DNA of 28,985 nucleotides from Candidatus Thorarchaeota archaeon (GTDB lineage Archaea; Asgardarchaeota; Thorarchaeia; Thorarchaeales; Thorarchaeaceae), in assembly GCA_011364905.1 (NCBI GenBank), contig RDNZ01000038.1:1-28985 (forward strand), written 5' to 3'. Position 1 is the first letter of the stretch; each line of letters opens with the position of its first letter. This document shows, one piece after another, positions 16,776 through 26,713 of the stretch. Below the pieces are notes generated by a model, which did not search any database, was not told the DNA's origin, and was given only the letters and a program-made list of their open reading frames with translations. The translations under genes and the position numbers were made by a program.

Positions 16776-17825
16776 ATGACAGCAAGTGAGGTATCTGTTT
16801 TCCATAAAACGCTCGATGCGATTCCAGTCGCCAAAATTCGAATTCATGGAAATGTGAGGGACCTCCCCACCGCCTTTGCGAAACTGAACAGAACTGTGGG
16901 CGACTATGCTAACGGGAGTCCCATTGTGATTCATCACTGGGGTATTAGTAGTGAAGAAGGCCGTCATGACATGGATGTGTGTGTTCCGATAACCCATGCC
17001 GTAGAGGGAAACGAGGTTTCCACGGTGACCCTCCCCGCTGAAGAGGCGATGGTATCTGTTTACCGAGGGCCATATTCAGAGATAGACCTTACCTACACGA
17101 AAATATCTAAACATACTTACGAGCGAGGCCATCCAATTGCTGAGTCAACAAGAGAGGTATTCCATCATCTGGATGAGGAAATGCCAGAAGAAACCATAGT
17201 AGAGATTCAAGTAATTCTTCACGACTGGACAAAACGATTTGCTACGAAACTAGGAGATGTACTGGGACCTGTCATCAAGGAGAAAGTCCTCGCATCACTG
17301 AGTGGCTTGGATGTTGATAGTTCTGCGGAAAATCGTCAGAAGGCACTCTGCAAGGCTCTTGGTACTCTAGAAAACAACTCTAATGCTAATCAACAGTATG
17401 AGATTTTGTCTCACTGCGCGCATGTCTATCCTGCAGAACTTATCCCACCAATGCGTGACCTCTTTCGTTTGACAAGAGATATTGATGTAGTAATCAAAGC
17501 AATGATCTCAAAAGGTGGATACTATCCCAAATTACTGAAACGTGAGGGTCCTGTCATCTATTCGAAAAAAGGTCCAGCCAATCCTGCTTCGTATGAAGAA
17601 GCAAAAACCGATGCGGAACGTCGGAAGGCCTACTGCTTCTGTCCTTTGATACGAAACTGCATAGATGAAGCTCCTAGAATCTTCTGCAACTGCGCCGCCG
17701 GCTGGCCAAAACAGCTTTGGGAAGGCATCCTCGAAAGACCCCTGAGGATTGAGATAGTGCAGTCTTTGACAAAGGGTGATGACGCGTGCGAGTTTGCAAT
17801 TCATCTTCCTGAGGACATTTTATGA
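16776..17825 (+). CDS. GyrI-like small-molecule-binding domain fused to a Cys-rich DUF6144/V4R-like domain
   Basis: DMDVCVPI, YRGPYSEI, TREVF (GyrI-like); CFCP...FCNCAAGW...IEIVQSLTKGDDACEFAI. ATG 16776 preferred. Confidence 0.75.
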   Translation: MTASEVSVFHKTLDAIPVAKIRIHGNVRDLPTAFAKLNRTVGDYANGSPIVIHHWGISSEEGRHDMDVCVPITHAVEGNEVSTVTLPAEEAMVSVYRGPYSEIDLTYTKISKHTYERGHPIAESTREVFHHLDEEMPEETIVEIQVILHDWTKRFATKLGDVLGPVIKEKVLASLSGLDVDSSAENRQKALCKALGTLENNSNANQQYEILSHCAHVYPAELIPPMRDLFRLTRDIDVVIKAMISKGGYYPKLLKREGPVIYSKKGPANPASYEEAKTDAERRKAYCFCPLIRNCIDEAPRIFCNCAAGWPKQLWEGILERPLRIEIVQSLTKGDDACEFAIHLPEDIL

Positions 17826-19226
17826 CGATGGCAATAGAATCCTAAACGAGGCGCCTCTCTCATCCTGAATAAGTTCAATTGAGCCGCCATATCCTTCAAC
17901 AACTTTCTTGCTGAGGTACAGACCAAAGCCGCCTCCTGTTGTTGATGCCCCCTTTTCAAAAAGACTTGGTATTATCTCCTTGGGAATCCCTGGTCCGTCA
18001 TCTCTGAAAATCGTTTGAATCTGTCCGTTCTCTTGAGAAACTTCAATGACGACCTCGGCCTCCCCATCTGAGAACTTTGCAGAGTTGCGAATCAAATTGT
18101 CAAACACCAACGCTATGAGCCTTGCACTCTCAAGCTCAGCCCTCTTCAAATCCGATTTGATGACAACCCTGAGATTAGAGTGAGTCTTCACAGCATGCGC
18201 TTTAACGCTTTCAAGAATCGAAATTAGATCTCTCTCTTCCGCAGCCCCTGGGCGACCGAAGACATCTAGAAGATGTACCATTCTCTCAGATGCGGCTTCC
18301 ACAGTCTGAATGTACCCTTTGACTTTGCTCTCTCCTTCCATGAGCATTAAAGCTGCTTCTGCGTGGTTCATGATTACTTGCAAATCGTTTCTAATATCAT
18401 GCTGTAAGAATGAGGCATAAAGTTCAAGGTCTCTATGAGATTGAGCAGCCCTCCGGTCTGCCATAATTCGTTGTGTGATGTCCTGTTTCACAGCGACAAA
18501 GTGACTGATATTACCCTCAGAAGTAAAGATGGGTGAGATCCAAGCTTCTTCCCAGTACAAATCCCCATCCTTCTTCCTATTGACAAATTGTCCCCTCCAA
18601 GACTGGCCATCTTTCAAGGTTCTCCAGAGATCCTTATGCGTCTCTTTTGGTGTCAAATTGGTTTTGAGAATTCGTGGGTTCTTACCAACAGCCTCATTGA
18701 AAGAATAACCAGTCAATACTGAAAACTTGGGATTGACATATTCTATGATTCCTTCCGAATCTGTGATGACTACCGATGCTGGACTTTGTTCCACTGCTCT
18801 AGAGAGCTTACGGAGCTCTTGTTCTGCTAGTTTTTCTTGTGTGACATCATTTAGTACTGCAATAGTCCCAATGACATTGCTGTTTTCATCCCGTCTAGGA
18901 ACCGCGGAAACACGGACTACGATCTTCCTTCCATCTTTATGCTTAACTTCAGTTTCATACACTGAGGGAATACCTGCTTGCCTTTTAGAAGACTCCTCTC
19001 GAATCTGGTCCAAGCCATTCTCAGAAACGAGGTCAAGTATGTTCATCCCTCTCAGTTCCTCAAGTTCATACCCGAGTATCTTCGCAAGTGCATCGTTAAC
19101 AAAGACCAAGTTTTCATTGAGATCTGTGATTCCTACTCCCTCTGGAAGAAGTGCTAGTAGTTCTCTGTAGTGTCTCTTGGTCATTCTCAGGATGTCTGGA
19201 TCAAAATCGTTTCTTTTCGGTGACAC
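17820..19226 (-). CDS. PAS-PAS sensor histidine kinase (cytoplasmic)
   Basis: Two PAS/PAC domains; H-box HDIRNDL, N-box FDNLIRN, DDGPGI, GGGFGL. GTG 19226 preceded by GGTGGAG is the preferred start (ORF track gives 19331). Confidence 0.92.
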   Translation of the reverse strand: MSPKRNDFDPDILRMTKRHYRELLALLPEGVGITDLNENLVFVNDALAKILGYELEELRGMNILDLVSENGLDQIREESSKRQAGIPSVYETEVKHKDGRKIVVRVSAVPRRDENSNVIGTIAVLNDVTQEKLAEQELRKLSRAVEQSPASVVITDSEGIIEYVNPKFSVLTGYSFNEAVGKNPRILKTNLTPKETHKDLWRTLKDGQSWRGQFVNRKKDGDLYWEEAWISPIFTSEGNISHFVAVKQDITQRIMADRRAAQSHRDLELYASFLQHDIRNDLQVIMNHAEAALMLMEGESKVKGYIQTVEAASERMVHLLDVFGRPGAAEERDLISILESVKAHAVKTHSNLRVVIKSDLKRAELESARLIALVFDNLIRNSAKFSDGEAEVVIEVSQENGQIQTIFRDDGPGIPKEIIPSLFEKGASTTGGGFGLYLSKKVVEGYGGSIELIQDERGASFRILLPSS

Positions 19227-19419
19227 CTTAAACTCCACCAGTTGGCATTTGCAGCGATGTAAAGGAATTCCGTTAGTGACTAGAGTGTTGCAAATAGATT
19301 TTACTGTGCGGTTGGGCGCGATTCTCTGCATCTTTTGAATGAAAAGCGACTAACACTGGTTGTCAGCAAGCTCATATATTGCCAGCTTCCATTAAGACAA
19401 CAATCGGAGTGTACCTTAT

Positions 19420-20754
19420 ATGAACTCCACAGATGTAACACCTCATATGACCATTTTCTGGGATGTCGAGAATGTCTCAGACGAATCAGCCACACACAGA
19501 ACTATGACAGAAAGGATACGACAGGTTGGAACAATCACCCGTGCATATGCTTTTGCAGATTGGGACTCTAGGAGGCATATGGCCGAGGAGCTCTATGCCT
19601 TAGGTTATGACCTGATTCACATTCCGGACACAAAAGACAATGCAAGTGACTACAAGATGGCTGCATACATCCTAGACCATCTTATGCACTATCCTGAAAC
19701 CACTCGGTACGTTCTGATCACTGGGGATGGGGATTTCAAACTCCTCGCTGGAGCTCTTAAGGACCATGGCGTGGAGCTGTGGTTGATTAGTAATCCAATC
19801 ATAACTGCAGCCGAACTGTTAGAGCTCGCAACTGTTTACACTGATATCTTTTCCTTTAGACCTGCGTTGGATTGCGTACACCCAGAAGATTGTGAAGAAT
19901 CAGTCCAGAGCATACTGCAACTTAGGCATTTAGCCGCTATCCAACTTCAAGAGGTGATCAGAATAATCACCAAGACAGGTAGTAAACCCGGTGTTGGCCA
20001 TGCGAAACATGTGATGCAATCACTCAATCCCGATTTTGATGAGTCTTCGATGGGTTTTGGGCATTGGAATGACTTCTTGGACTGGGCTGAAGCTCAGAAC
20101 TACATCAAACGAGAAGGCGAGATGCCTGGCACTATTCTTATGCTACCTGATAGACTCTCTCCGGAATCAGTCAAGATATCACAAGAGGTCAACCAAGCCT
20201 TTGCATTCATGGCACAGGTTGCGGAAGAGGGTCTCAATGATGGTCATCCATATACATTGATGGAGCTGGGGACCAAACTTCGGGAGCGCGGACTGGAATT
20301 CGAGAAGGTTGGGTATAGACGGTTCTCGGACTTCGTACTGTCTGCCGAAAAAAGAGGCCTGATTCGAATCATTGCTCCTGAAAAAGAGGGTGACTCGCCG
20401 TTTGTCCTTCCAGTCTACGATGTGGACCATCTGCATAGGTGGTTCGAGGACAACGTTGAGCGGATTTTTGGTCCCTCTGTGAATGTACCGAAAACTGCTT
20501 TTCTAAAGAAGATTGGAACGATGCTCCTTGAAACTCAGACAACTCTGGCTGAGCTTGAAAATTGTCTGACCACGCCTAGAGTAAAGGAATCTTACAATCA
20601 GATACTAGAAGCGAGTGAGATTCCGTTTCTTCCTCCTTTCCAACAGTCGTTGGCCCACGTTTTGATTGGTAAGGGCTTGAAGTGCGGCAATGTGGTTGAG
20701 AAAGTCAATGAGGAACTCAGTCCCCTTGGTATAAAGATCCAATGTCCCGAATAA
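19420..20754 (+). CDS. NYN-domain ribonuclease with two LOTUS/OST-HTH domains (LabA/Limkain-b1-like)
   Basis: IFWDVENV, KDNASDYKM, LITGDGDF; LOTUS motifs PDFDESSMGFGHWNDFL and FEKVGYRRFSDFV. Confidence 0.87.
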   Translation: MNSTDVTPHMTIFWDVENVSDESATHRTMTERIRQVGTITRAYAFADWDSRRHMAEELYALGYDLIHIPDTKDNASDYKMAAYILDHLMHYPETTRYVLITGDGDFKLLAGALKDHGVELWLISNPIITAAELLELATVYTDIFSFRPALDCVHPEDCEESVQSILQLRHLAAIQLQEVIRIITKTGSKPGVGHAKHVMQSLNPDFDESSMGFGHWNDFLDWAEAQNYIKREGEMPGTILMLPDRLSPESVKISQEVNQAFAFMAQVAEEGLNDGHPYTLMELGTKLRERGLEFEKVGYRRFSDFVLSAEKRGLIRIIAPEKEGDSPFVLPVYDVDHLHRWFEDNVERIFGPSVNVPKTAFLKKIGTMLLETQTTLAELENCLTTPRVKESYNQILEASEIPFLPPFQQSLAHVLIGKGLKCGNVVEKVNEELSPLGIKIQCPE

Positions 20755-20803
20755 CAGAAGTGTTATTTGCACCTCTGTCAAACCAGTGTGAGTTGTGTTG
20801 ACA

Positions 20804-21892
20804 ATGAACTCATACGAAAAACTCGCTGCGGTCCTGGATAAAATTCCAAATGGGTTCCCGCCAGCTGATGACGGTTCACATCTTAGAGTGCTCGAGTGGA
20901 TATTCACACCAGAGGAGGCGGACCTCGCCAGTCAACTGAAACTCAGTGGAGAAACAGTGGATGAGTTGTCACTGAGATTGAATCGCTCAAAGGATGATTT
21001 ACAGAGACTTCTGAAGGTCATGCACTCCAAAGGTCAGATTAACTCTTGGATGTCAAAAAGCGCTGGCGCAATGAAGTATGGTCTGCTGCCTTTTGCGGTC
21101 GGGATATACGAGGAACAGCTGAACAGGATGGACAAGGAGTTAGCTCAACGTTTCGAACAGTACTTCTCACAAGAAACGGGATTCAGGAAGTTTGCGGCTA
21201 CCAGGCCTGTCATCTTTCAAGTGATTCCGGTCAACCAGAGTGTAAGCACTGAGCTTGAGATACATAGTCTTGAGAAAGCTGAACAACTGATCGAGTCATC
21301 CGCCTCGTGGGGAGTGCGGGATTGTGTCTGCAGGAAGCAGAAGGACTTGATTGGTGAGGGCTGTGACTATCCCAGAGAAGTCTGTCTGGCATTTGCTCCG
21401 AACAAGGAGAATGCATTCGATGATGATGAGCTTACAAAACCAATCACGAAAGAGGAGGCTCTCAGACTTCTAAAACTGTCAGAAGAAGCGGGGCTTATTC
21501 ATTGTACCTACAACGTTCAATCGGGGAGGACATTTTTGTGTAATTGTTGCACTTGTTGTTGTGGTGTTCTAAGAAACGTAGAGCGACTTGAGAACCCCCG
21601 AGAATACATCAAGACCGACTTCATAATGACTGTAAATGCTGATTTATGTACGGCTTGTGAATCATGCGTTGATCGATGCCAGTTTGACGCGCTCAGTGTT
21701 CCTGAAGATGTATGCGTTATTGACACAAAGCGATGTATCGGTTGTGGTGTTTGCGCAGTTGTTTGTCCAGAAGGTGCGCTCGCGCTTGTTCGTGATGAGT
21801 CACCCAATAAACCGGAACAACCAGCCAATCAATTGGACTGGATGACAAAACGTGCGATGTCTCGTGGAGTCGATCCCTCAGATATCATGTGA
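20804..21892 (+). CDS. 4Fe-4S dicluster-binding protein with N-terminal HTH-like region
   Basis: CVCR, CNCCTCCCG, CTACESCVDRC, CIGCGVCAVVCP. Confidence 0.88.
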   Translation: MNSYEKLAAVLDKIPNGFPPADDGSHLRVLEWIFTPEEADLASQLKLSGETVDELSLRLNRSKDDLQRLLKVMHSKGQINSWMSKSAGAMKYGLLPFAVGIYEEQLNRMDKELAQRFEQYFSQETGFRKFAATRPVIFQVIPVNQSVSTELEIHSLEKAEQLIESSASWGVRDCVCRKQKDLIGEGCDYPREVCLAFAPNKENAFDDDELTKPITKEEALRLLKLSEEAGLIHCTYNVQSGRTFLCNCCTCCCGVLRNVERLENPREYIKTDFIMTVNADLCTACESCVDRCQFDALSVPEDVCVIDTKRCIGCGVCAVVCPEGALALVRDESPNKPEQPANQLDWMTKRAMSRGVDPSDIM

Positions 21893-21952
21893 CTTAGTCT
21901 TGAACCGTGCAAAGAATGACTAGTCTTATGAGGAACCGACCAGAACATCTCT

Positions 21953-22951
21953 GTGAAGATGCACATGACTGCTGACACGGATCAAGGAAAGAAGAAAAAG
22001 CAGACGAAGGGACGTAAATCTAGATACATCCCGAATCTTGCTGAGTTCTATTTCAAACCCACGTTCGACTGGACTAAAGAGGAAGCGCATCGTCTCTATA
22101 CTCAGACTGCCTCGTCATCAACCGATATCGAGTTGGATGCGATACGATTCGAAGATTGCGTCAGTGGAATGAAGAAGTTTCCTGACGAGTCAATTGATCT
22201 AGTTATTGCAGACCCCCCCTTTGGGATTGACTTTGATGGTAAAAGCAGTGTCTATAATCGTGATGAAAGCTTGGTCATTGAAGGGTACGAAGAAAGTGAC
22301 GAGTCATATTATGAGTTCACAGCGAGATGGTTGGCAGAATTGCCCAGAATAATGAAATCCAGATCATCTGCATATGTCTTCAGTGGTTGGACAAACCTCG
22401 ATGCTGTGCTTCGAGGGGCTAGTGATGCGGGTCTTGTAACACTGAATCACTTAATCTGGCATTATCCTTTTGGAGTCTATACAAAGAAGCGATTTGTCAC
22501 AAGTCATTATCATATCGTGCTCCTCGTCAAGAATTCGCGAGAGTACTACTTTAACAAGATAGAGAACTATCCTGAAGATGTTTGGACTGTCAAACGTCGA
22601 TATCGCACTGGTCTTACTAAGAACGCAACCAAGCTGCCACTGCAAGTAGTGTCCAGATGCATAGATTTCTCTTCAAGACCAGGTGATATTGTGCTTGATC
22701 CATTTATGGGGAACGGAACGACCGCAGTAGCAGCGAAGTTGAATTACCGACACTTTGTCGGTTTTGAAATCAATGAGAAGCTTCGGTCCTTGCTCAATAA
22801 GGAGATATCCAAGACTAGGATAGGGGACTCCTATGTCCCATACAGTGGTCGTCTTCCAACAATTGAAGAGCTTGCGGAGATATACCCCAAAGCATATCGT
22901 GAATACCAACACAGGGAGAAGAAATCCCAACGCTCAGGAAAAAGAGAATGA
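21953..22951 (+). CDS. Site-specific DNA methyltransferase (N6-A/N4-C, beta class)
   Basis: Catalytic IADPPF precedes SAM-binding VLDPFMGNGTT; start may be ATG 21959 or 21965. Confidence 0.9.
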   Translation: MKMHMTADTDQGKKKKQTKGRKSRYIPNLAEFYFKPTFDWTKEEAHRLYTQTASSSTDIELDAIRFEDCVSGMKKFPDESIDLVIADPPFGIDFDGKSSVYNRDESLVIEGYEESDESYYEFTARWLAELPRIMKSRSSAYVFSGWTNLDAVLRGASDAGLVTLNHLIWHYPFGVYTKKRFVTSHYHIVLLVKNSREYYFNKIENYPEDVWTVKRRYRTGLTKNATKLPLQVVSRCIDFSSRPGDIVLDPFMGNGTTAVAAKLNYRHFVGFEINEKLRSLLNKEISKTRIGDSYVPYSGRLPTIEELAEIYPKAYREYQHREKKSQRSGKRE

Positions 22952-24396
22952 TAGTTATGGATATAGAGGAGCTCCTTCGCCGGCACGGGGCCGAACGAGA
23001 TCATCTTGCTGATGCCACAAGTAGCAGTGATCTCTATACCCGCCAATACGGCACTGAACTTGCTAGATGGGAGTCGCAGCTCCTTCGCCAGTTCTGTGAA
23101 AGGGAAACATCTCGCGTATTCAAGTATCGGGGTTTTGTTCACCATACAAATGATACTACTCTGGCTCTTCTGACTCCAAGTCCATGGCTGTTAGAGGGTG
23201 AGTTCATCTTCTTTGAGAGAGATCTGGAACTCCCTCCTGATGGAGCATACATTGAGGTGAATGGCTCAAGAGTGGCTGCTCCGCGACCTCTTCAAGAGTC
23301 ACATACTATCACACGGGCAATCGCTGCTGATTCCTGGAACTCGCTTCATCTTGATTTCTTATCAGAGATTCGCCCTCCAATGGGTCTCAAAGAGCTCTCT
23401 GATTTGCTCTTCGAACGTGTAGGGATGGCTGAAGCTAGTAAGAGAGTCTTTGCCCGTCTTTTTGTTTCAAGTCCTCCCTATCTTGAGAGTATAGGTGGAT
23501 TGACAACCGGCATTCAAGCCATTGCTTCTCAGGCTCAGGTCCGACGACTCTTATCATTCATAAGAGGTGTTCTTCCACCTTCGATGAGAGGCCGCCAGTC
23601 TTCATTCAGGGATGTTCAGGGTATCAAGGTCAGATCACCCCGATTGTGGCGGCTTGACGTTGGGTCTCAAACTCTCGAGAAGATACAGCAACTTTGTGTC
23701 AAACGAACCGATCGTGCAGGATATCGAGAGGTTTCCCTCAGTACACTAACAGATACAGCAACTGCAGCTCTTCCAGATGTTCCCCTTGCACTCACTTCAG
23801 AAGATTTCTGGATAGAAACCGGAAACCCCTCCATGCTTCGACTTCCGATTCTGAAGTCCGCCATCACCTATCACATGCTTGTACCAGCGATTGATAAACG
23901 TAGCATTAATTCTGGTACGCAACACGTCATAACACGGTTAGAAACTTTGAAAGAGAGTTTCGGCCTGAAGGACCAGGCACTTGCGAGAGGTAGCATCCTT
24001 GACGCAGATGCCCAGGGAAGACCACTAAGTACTCTCAGACTTGCTCGCTCCACAGCTCGGGCATATTGGAAAGATAAGGTCACAACGAAAGACCTGAAGT
24101 ATGCTTGGGACAGAGTGCTTGAGCCAGCATTGAAGGAGTTCATGGAACTCACCGAGTTGAAAGAAGGCGCAGAAAAAGAGTGGGGCAAGGGAAGTCGTTT
24201 TGACAAATTCAACTCAAAAGTCTTGAAAGCTGTCCGTAAATTAGACACGGGAAAAACAGGGTCTCTGGGACCCACTCTGAAAGAAATCGCAGAAGAGGCC
24301 GGTGTTGAACGACATATTGCTGCAGAGACCTTGGCGCGAATGAAGGACAGTGGAGTCCTCTATGAACCACGCCCAGGTCACTACAGATTAATATGA
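22948..24396 (+). CDS. Divergent MCM-like protein lacking Walker A/B, with C-terminal wHTH
   Basis: GMAEASKRVFARLF, ILKSAITY...PAI, GRPLSTLRLARSTARA...VTTKDL..AW and GVLYEPRPGHYRLI match the start, lid and wHTH of archaeal MCM; no GDPGxxKS, IDEFDKM or SRFD. Confidence 0.65.
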   Translation: MIVMDIEELLRRHGAERDHLADATSSSDLYTRQYGTELARWESQLLRQFCERETSRVFKYRGFVHHTNDTTLALLTPSPWLLEGEFIFFERDLELPPDGAYIEVNGSRVAAPRPLQESHTITRAIAADSWNSLHLDFLSEIRPPMGLKELSDLLFERVGMAEASKRVFARLFVSSPPYLESIGGLTTGIQAIASQAQVRRLLSFIRGVLPPSMRGRQSSFRDVQGIKVRSPRLWRLDVGSQTLEKIQQLCVKRTDRAGYREVSLSTLTDTATAALPDVPLALTSEDFWIETGNPSMLRLPILKSAITYHMLVPAIDKRSINSGTQHVITRLETLKESFGLKDQALARGSILDADAQGRPLSTLRLARSTARAYWKDKVTTKDLKYAWDRVLEPALKEFMELTELKEGAEKEWGKGSRFDKFNSKVLKAVRKLDTGKTGSLGPTLKEIAEEAGVERHIAAETLARMKDSGVLYEPRPGHYRLI

Positions 24397-24402
24397 TAGG
24401 CT

Positions 24403-24996
24403 CTATGAAAAGGAAGCCAAGAACCTTTCCGGCTCTTGTCCTTCTTCTATTATCTCAATTGCTTGTACCCCAACTCGTTCTGCGTCATATTTTCTCGCAA
24501 TAATTGTAGCATCGAATTTCTCATGGGCTGAGGCATCCTTTCCGCGCCAGACCCATATATCATCCCATGCATCAAGAAGGAACACATCGTCGCTCCTTAG
24601 GGAGTTCCTATCCAGTTTGACTTCAGTAAAATAGGTTTCATCTCCTTCACGATGTACCTTCCAGAGTCTGTGCTCATGAGTTTCTATATGGACCTTCTTC
24701 AAGATGCCCTCTGTATCTTCATCGGTCAGTCGGAAGTCGTCAAAGAGTGCTTTGAACTTTTCAGGCTCGTTGCCACCTTCAATACGATCGATATCTGCCT
24801 TTCCCTCACGGGATTGATCGTTTATCACAGCTGAAGCCGCTACGAGGAACTTTTCGTCGACTGTGGATTTGGGACCTACCCACAGATAGATCTTCATCCC
24901 TGCATCAACTAAGTAGCAGTCGCCGCGACCGAAGCTTCCAGGATTCTTCATTAGTACTAGTCGTCCTTTCTGAATGTGGTATACAGTTGGTTCCAT
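24403..24996 (-). CDS. Two-domain gelsolin (2DGel-type actin regulator)
   Basis: Two repeats: GDCYLVDAG..IYLWVG..S..DEK...EGGNEP..F and SDDVFLLDA...IWVWRG..A..HEK...EEGQEP..F. Confidence 0.93.
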   Translation of the reverse strand: MEPTVYHIQKGRLVLMKNPGSFGRGDCYLVDAGMKIYLWVGPKSTVDEKFLVAASAVINDQSREGKADIDRIEGGNEPEKFKALFDDFRLTDEDTEGILKKVHIETHEHRLWKVHREGDETYFTEVKLDRNSLRSDDVFLLDAWDDIWVWRGKDASAHEKFDATIIARKYDAERVGVQAIEIIEEGQEPERFLASFS

Positions 24997-25068
24997 AGTG
25001 TACGCCTCTCCATCATTTCATGATTCGGTATCCATGCATAATAAATGAAAGCTCGACATAGTGGGAAA

Positions 25069-25085
25069 GCCTTTTCGAAAGAGGC
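25069..25085 (-). terminator. Possible hairpin terminator
   Basis: Minus strand reads GCCTCTTTCGAAAAGGC then TTTCCC, 5 nt after the stop codon at 25091. Confidence 0.4.
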
Positions 25086-25090
25086 GTAAA

Positions 25091-25741
25091 TCAGGTCACA
25101 ATACTCATTGACACATTGTACCAAGTGGTCCAGGGCTGCCCCTCATGATAGATATAGAACCAGACTGTCTGAGGCACTCCAGTTTCAATGTCTACAGTGG
25201 CCTGCCACTCATGTACATCGGTTGTTTCATTCGAGCTGTAGCCAAAAAGGAAGTAGTTTCTATGAAGCACAGAGAGATATGTTTCATGCTCCATGTATGG
25301 TCTATAAACGCGGTTTGGAAATAAGGAGTCAAGATGTTTCCATCCTCCTACTGGAAGTATGCATTGTGAGATGTGATTGTTGATTGGGACGCGATACCCT
25401 GTGGGGATTTCGGTTCCATTTGCAAACGTTGTGCCCGTTTTCATGTATTCTACGACATCATCTATGAATGACATCGCATAGAATATGATTGAAACATTCG
25501 GAAGAGAAACGATCTGAACCATAATACGTGTGTTGTTCATTATAGCAAATGATGGAGGAAGACTCTGAGTTGGAGTTGTACTCAATCCGGTTACAGTGAT
25601 ATCATAAAAGATCTCATCACTCTCCTCGATGGCCCAAGAGAATGTCATAGATTGTCTGACATACTCTGTAAGGAAGCCCACTGAGAGTGTGATCACAAAG
25701 GTGAGGATGACTGCTGTCAGTATTCTCTGGCGATGGTCCAC
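25091..25741 (-). CDS. Hypothetical membrane-anchored protein
   Basis: N-terminal TM helix; extracellular-type domain with N-x-S/T sequons. Confidence 0.75.
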   Translation of the reverse strand: MDHRQRILTAVILTFVITLSVGFLTEYVRQSMTFSWAIEESDEIFYDITVTGLSTTPTQSLPPSFAIMNNTRIMVQIVSLPNVSIIFYAMSFIDDVVEYMKTGTTFANGTEIPTGYRVPINNHISQCILPVGGWKHLDSLFPNRVYRPYMEHETYLSVLHRNYFLFGYSSNETTDVHEWQATVDIETGVPQTVWFYIYHEGQPWTTWYNVSMSIVT

Positions 25742-25860
25742 GTTCCCGCACCACTTTCCTATGACCTATTGGTGCTACCATGCCTTTTGGTCATTGTGAT
25801 TCCAGGATGGAAAACTATCTTAGCCTAAGAAATGCATGGACACAAGCCCTTGGTGAGTAG

Positions 25861-26664
25861 ATGCCGGAACTTCCTGAATTAGAAATAATAGCAGAACGAC
25901 TGACGAGTGATTTGACTGGTTTGACGATCAAGAATGTAGTAGTCCATAATCATATTGTTGTCCATGGTCTACCTGTCAGTGACTTTGTTTCAAGATCAGT
26001 CGGTCAAACATTTGAAGGCGCCGTTGCAGATGGCAAGTTCCTGATTTTTGCACTGACTGATTATGATATCGTAGTGAACCTCATGCTAACAGGAAGGTTG
26101 AGAGTCATCTCTAAGCAGAAACGACCCACAAGTTATGATATGGTTTCATTTCAAACAGAACATCTGACCCTCTGGTACGCCGATGCCAAGAAGATGGGTC
26201 GGATCTATCTTGTTGACAAAGGTGAATACTCCCAAGTTGCAGGATTTGAAAATCAAGGACCATCTGCGTTGGATCCTTCTCTTACCCTTGATATCTTCAA
26301 GACGCGACTGAAACGTCATAATGGGCAGATCAAGAATGTTCTACGGAACCAAAGATTTGTGAAGGGAATTGGTAACGCTTACGCTGATGAGATTCTTCTC
26401 TATGCAGGAATACTACCCTTCCGAAAGCGGTCTTCGCTAACAGCCGATGAGGTTGAACGACTCTTTCGCGCGATGAAAAATGTACTCTCGCGAATTCGTG
26501 ATATTCTCTCTAAGCGGACTCTTGATGAAATCGCTATTGAGAAGAGGGATTTCCTTATGATTCACAATAGAGGCGGAGGAATTTGCCCACTCTGTGGCGG
26601 AAGAGTGTCTGAGATTACTGCGAATAGATTCAAAACGAACTATTGCCAATCGTGCCAGAAGTAA
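25861..26664 (+). CDS. mutM: Fpg/Nei family DNA glycosylase/AP lyase
   Basis: N-terminal MPELPE, GKFL, H2TH motif GIGNAYADEIL, zinc finger CPLCG...CQSCQ. Confidence 0.93.
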   Translation: MPELPELEIIAERLTSDLTGLTIKNVVVHNHIVVHGLPVSDFVSRSVGQTFEGAVADGKFLIFALTDYDIVVNLMLTGRLRVISKQKRPTSYDMVSFQTEHLTLWYADAKKMGRIYLVDKGEYSQVAGFENQGPSALDPSLTLDIFKTRLKRHNGQIKNVLRNQRFVKGIGNAYADEILLYAGILPFRKRSSLTADEVERLFRAMKNVLSRIRDILSKRTLDEIAIEKRDFLMIHNRGGGICPLCGGRVSEITANRFKTNYCQSCQK

Positions 26665-26713
26665 TATGAGTGACTCTTGTTCTACAACTGACAGTCACTG
26701 GAGATGAGTCAAG

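Noticed and set aside
18727-19170. 147-aa Ser-rich ORF
   Set aside because: Antisense in-register shadow of the histidine kinase; the same applies to the other short nested ORFs in the track.
21953-24396. Classical type II restriction-modification pair
   Set aside because: The partner shows no evident PD-(D/E)xK, HNH or GIY-YIG motif and resembles MCM instead.
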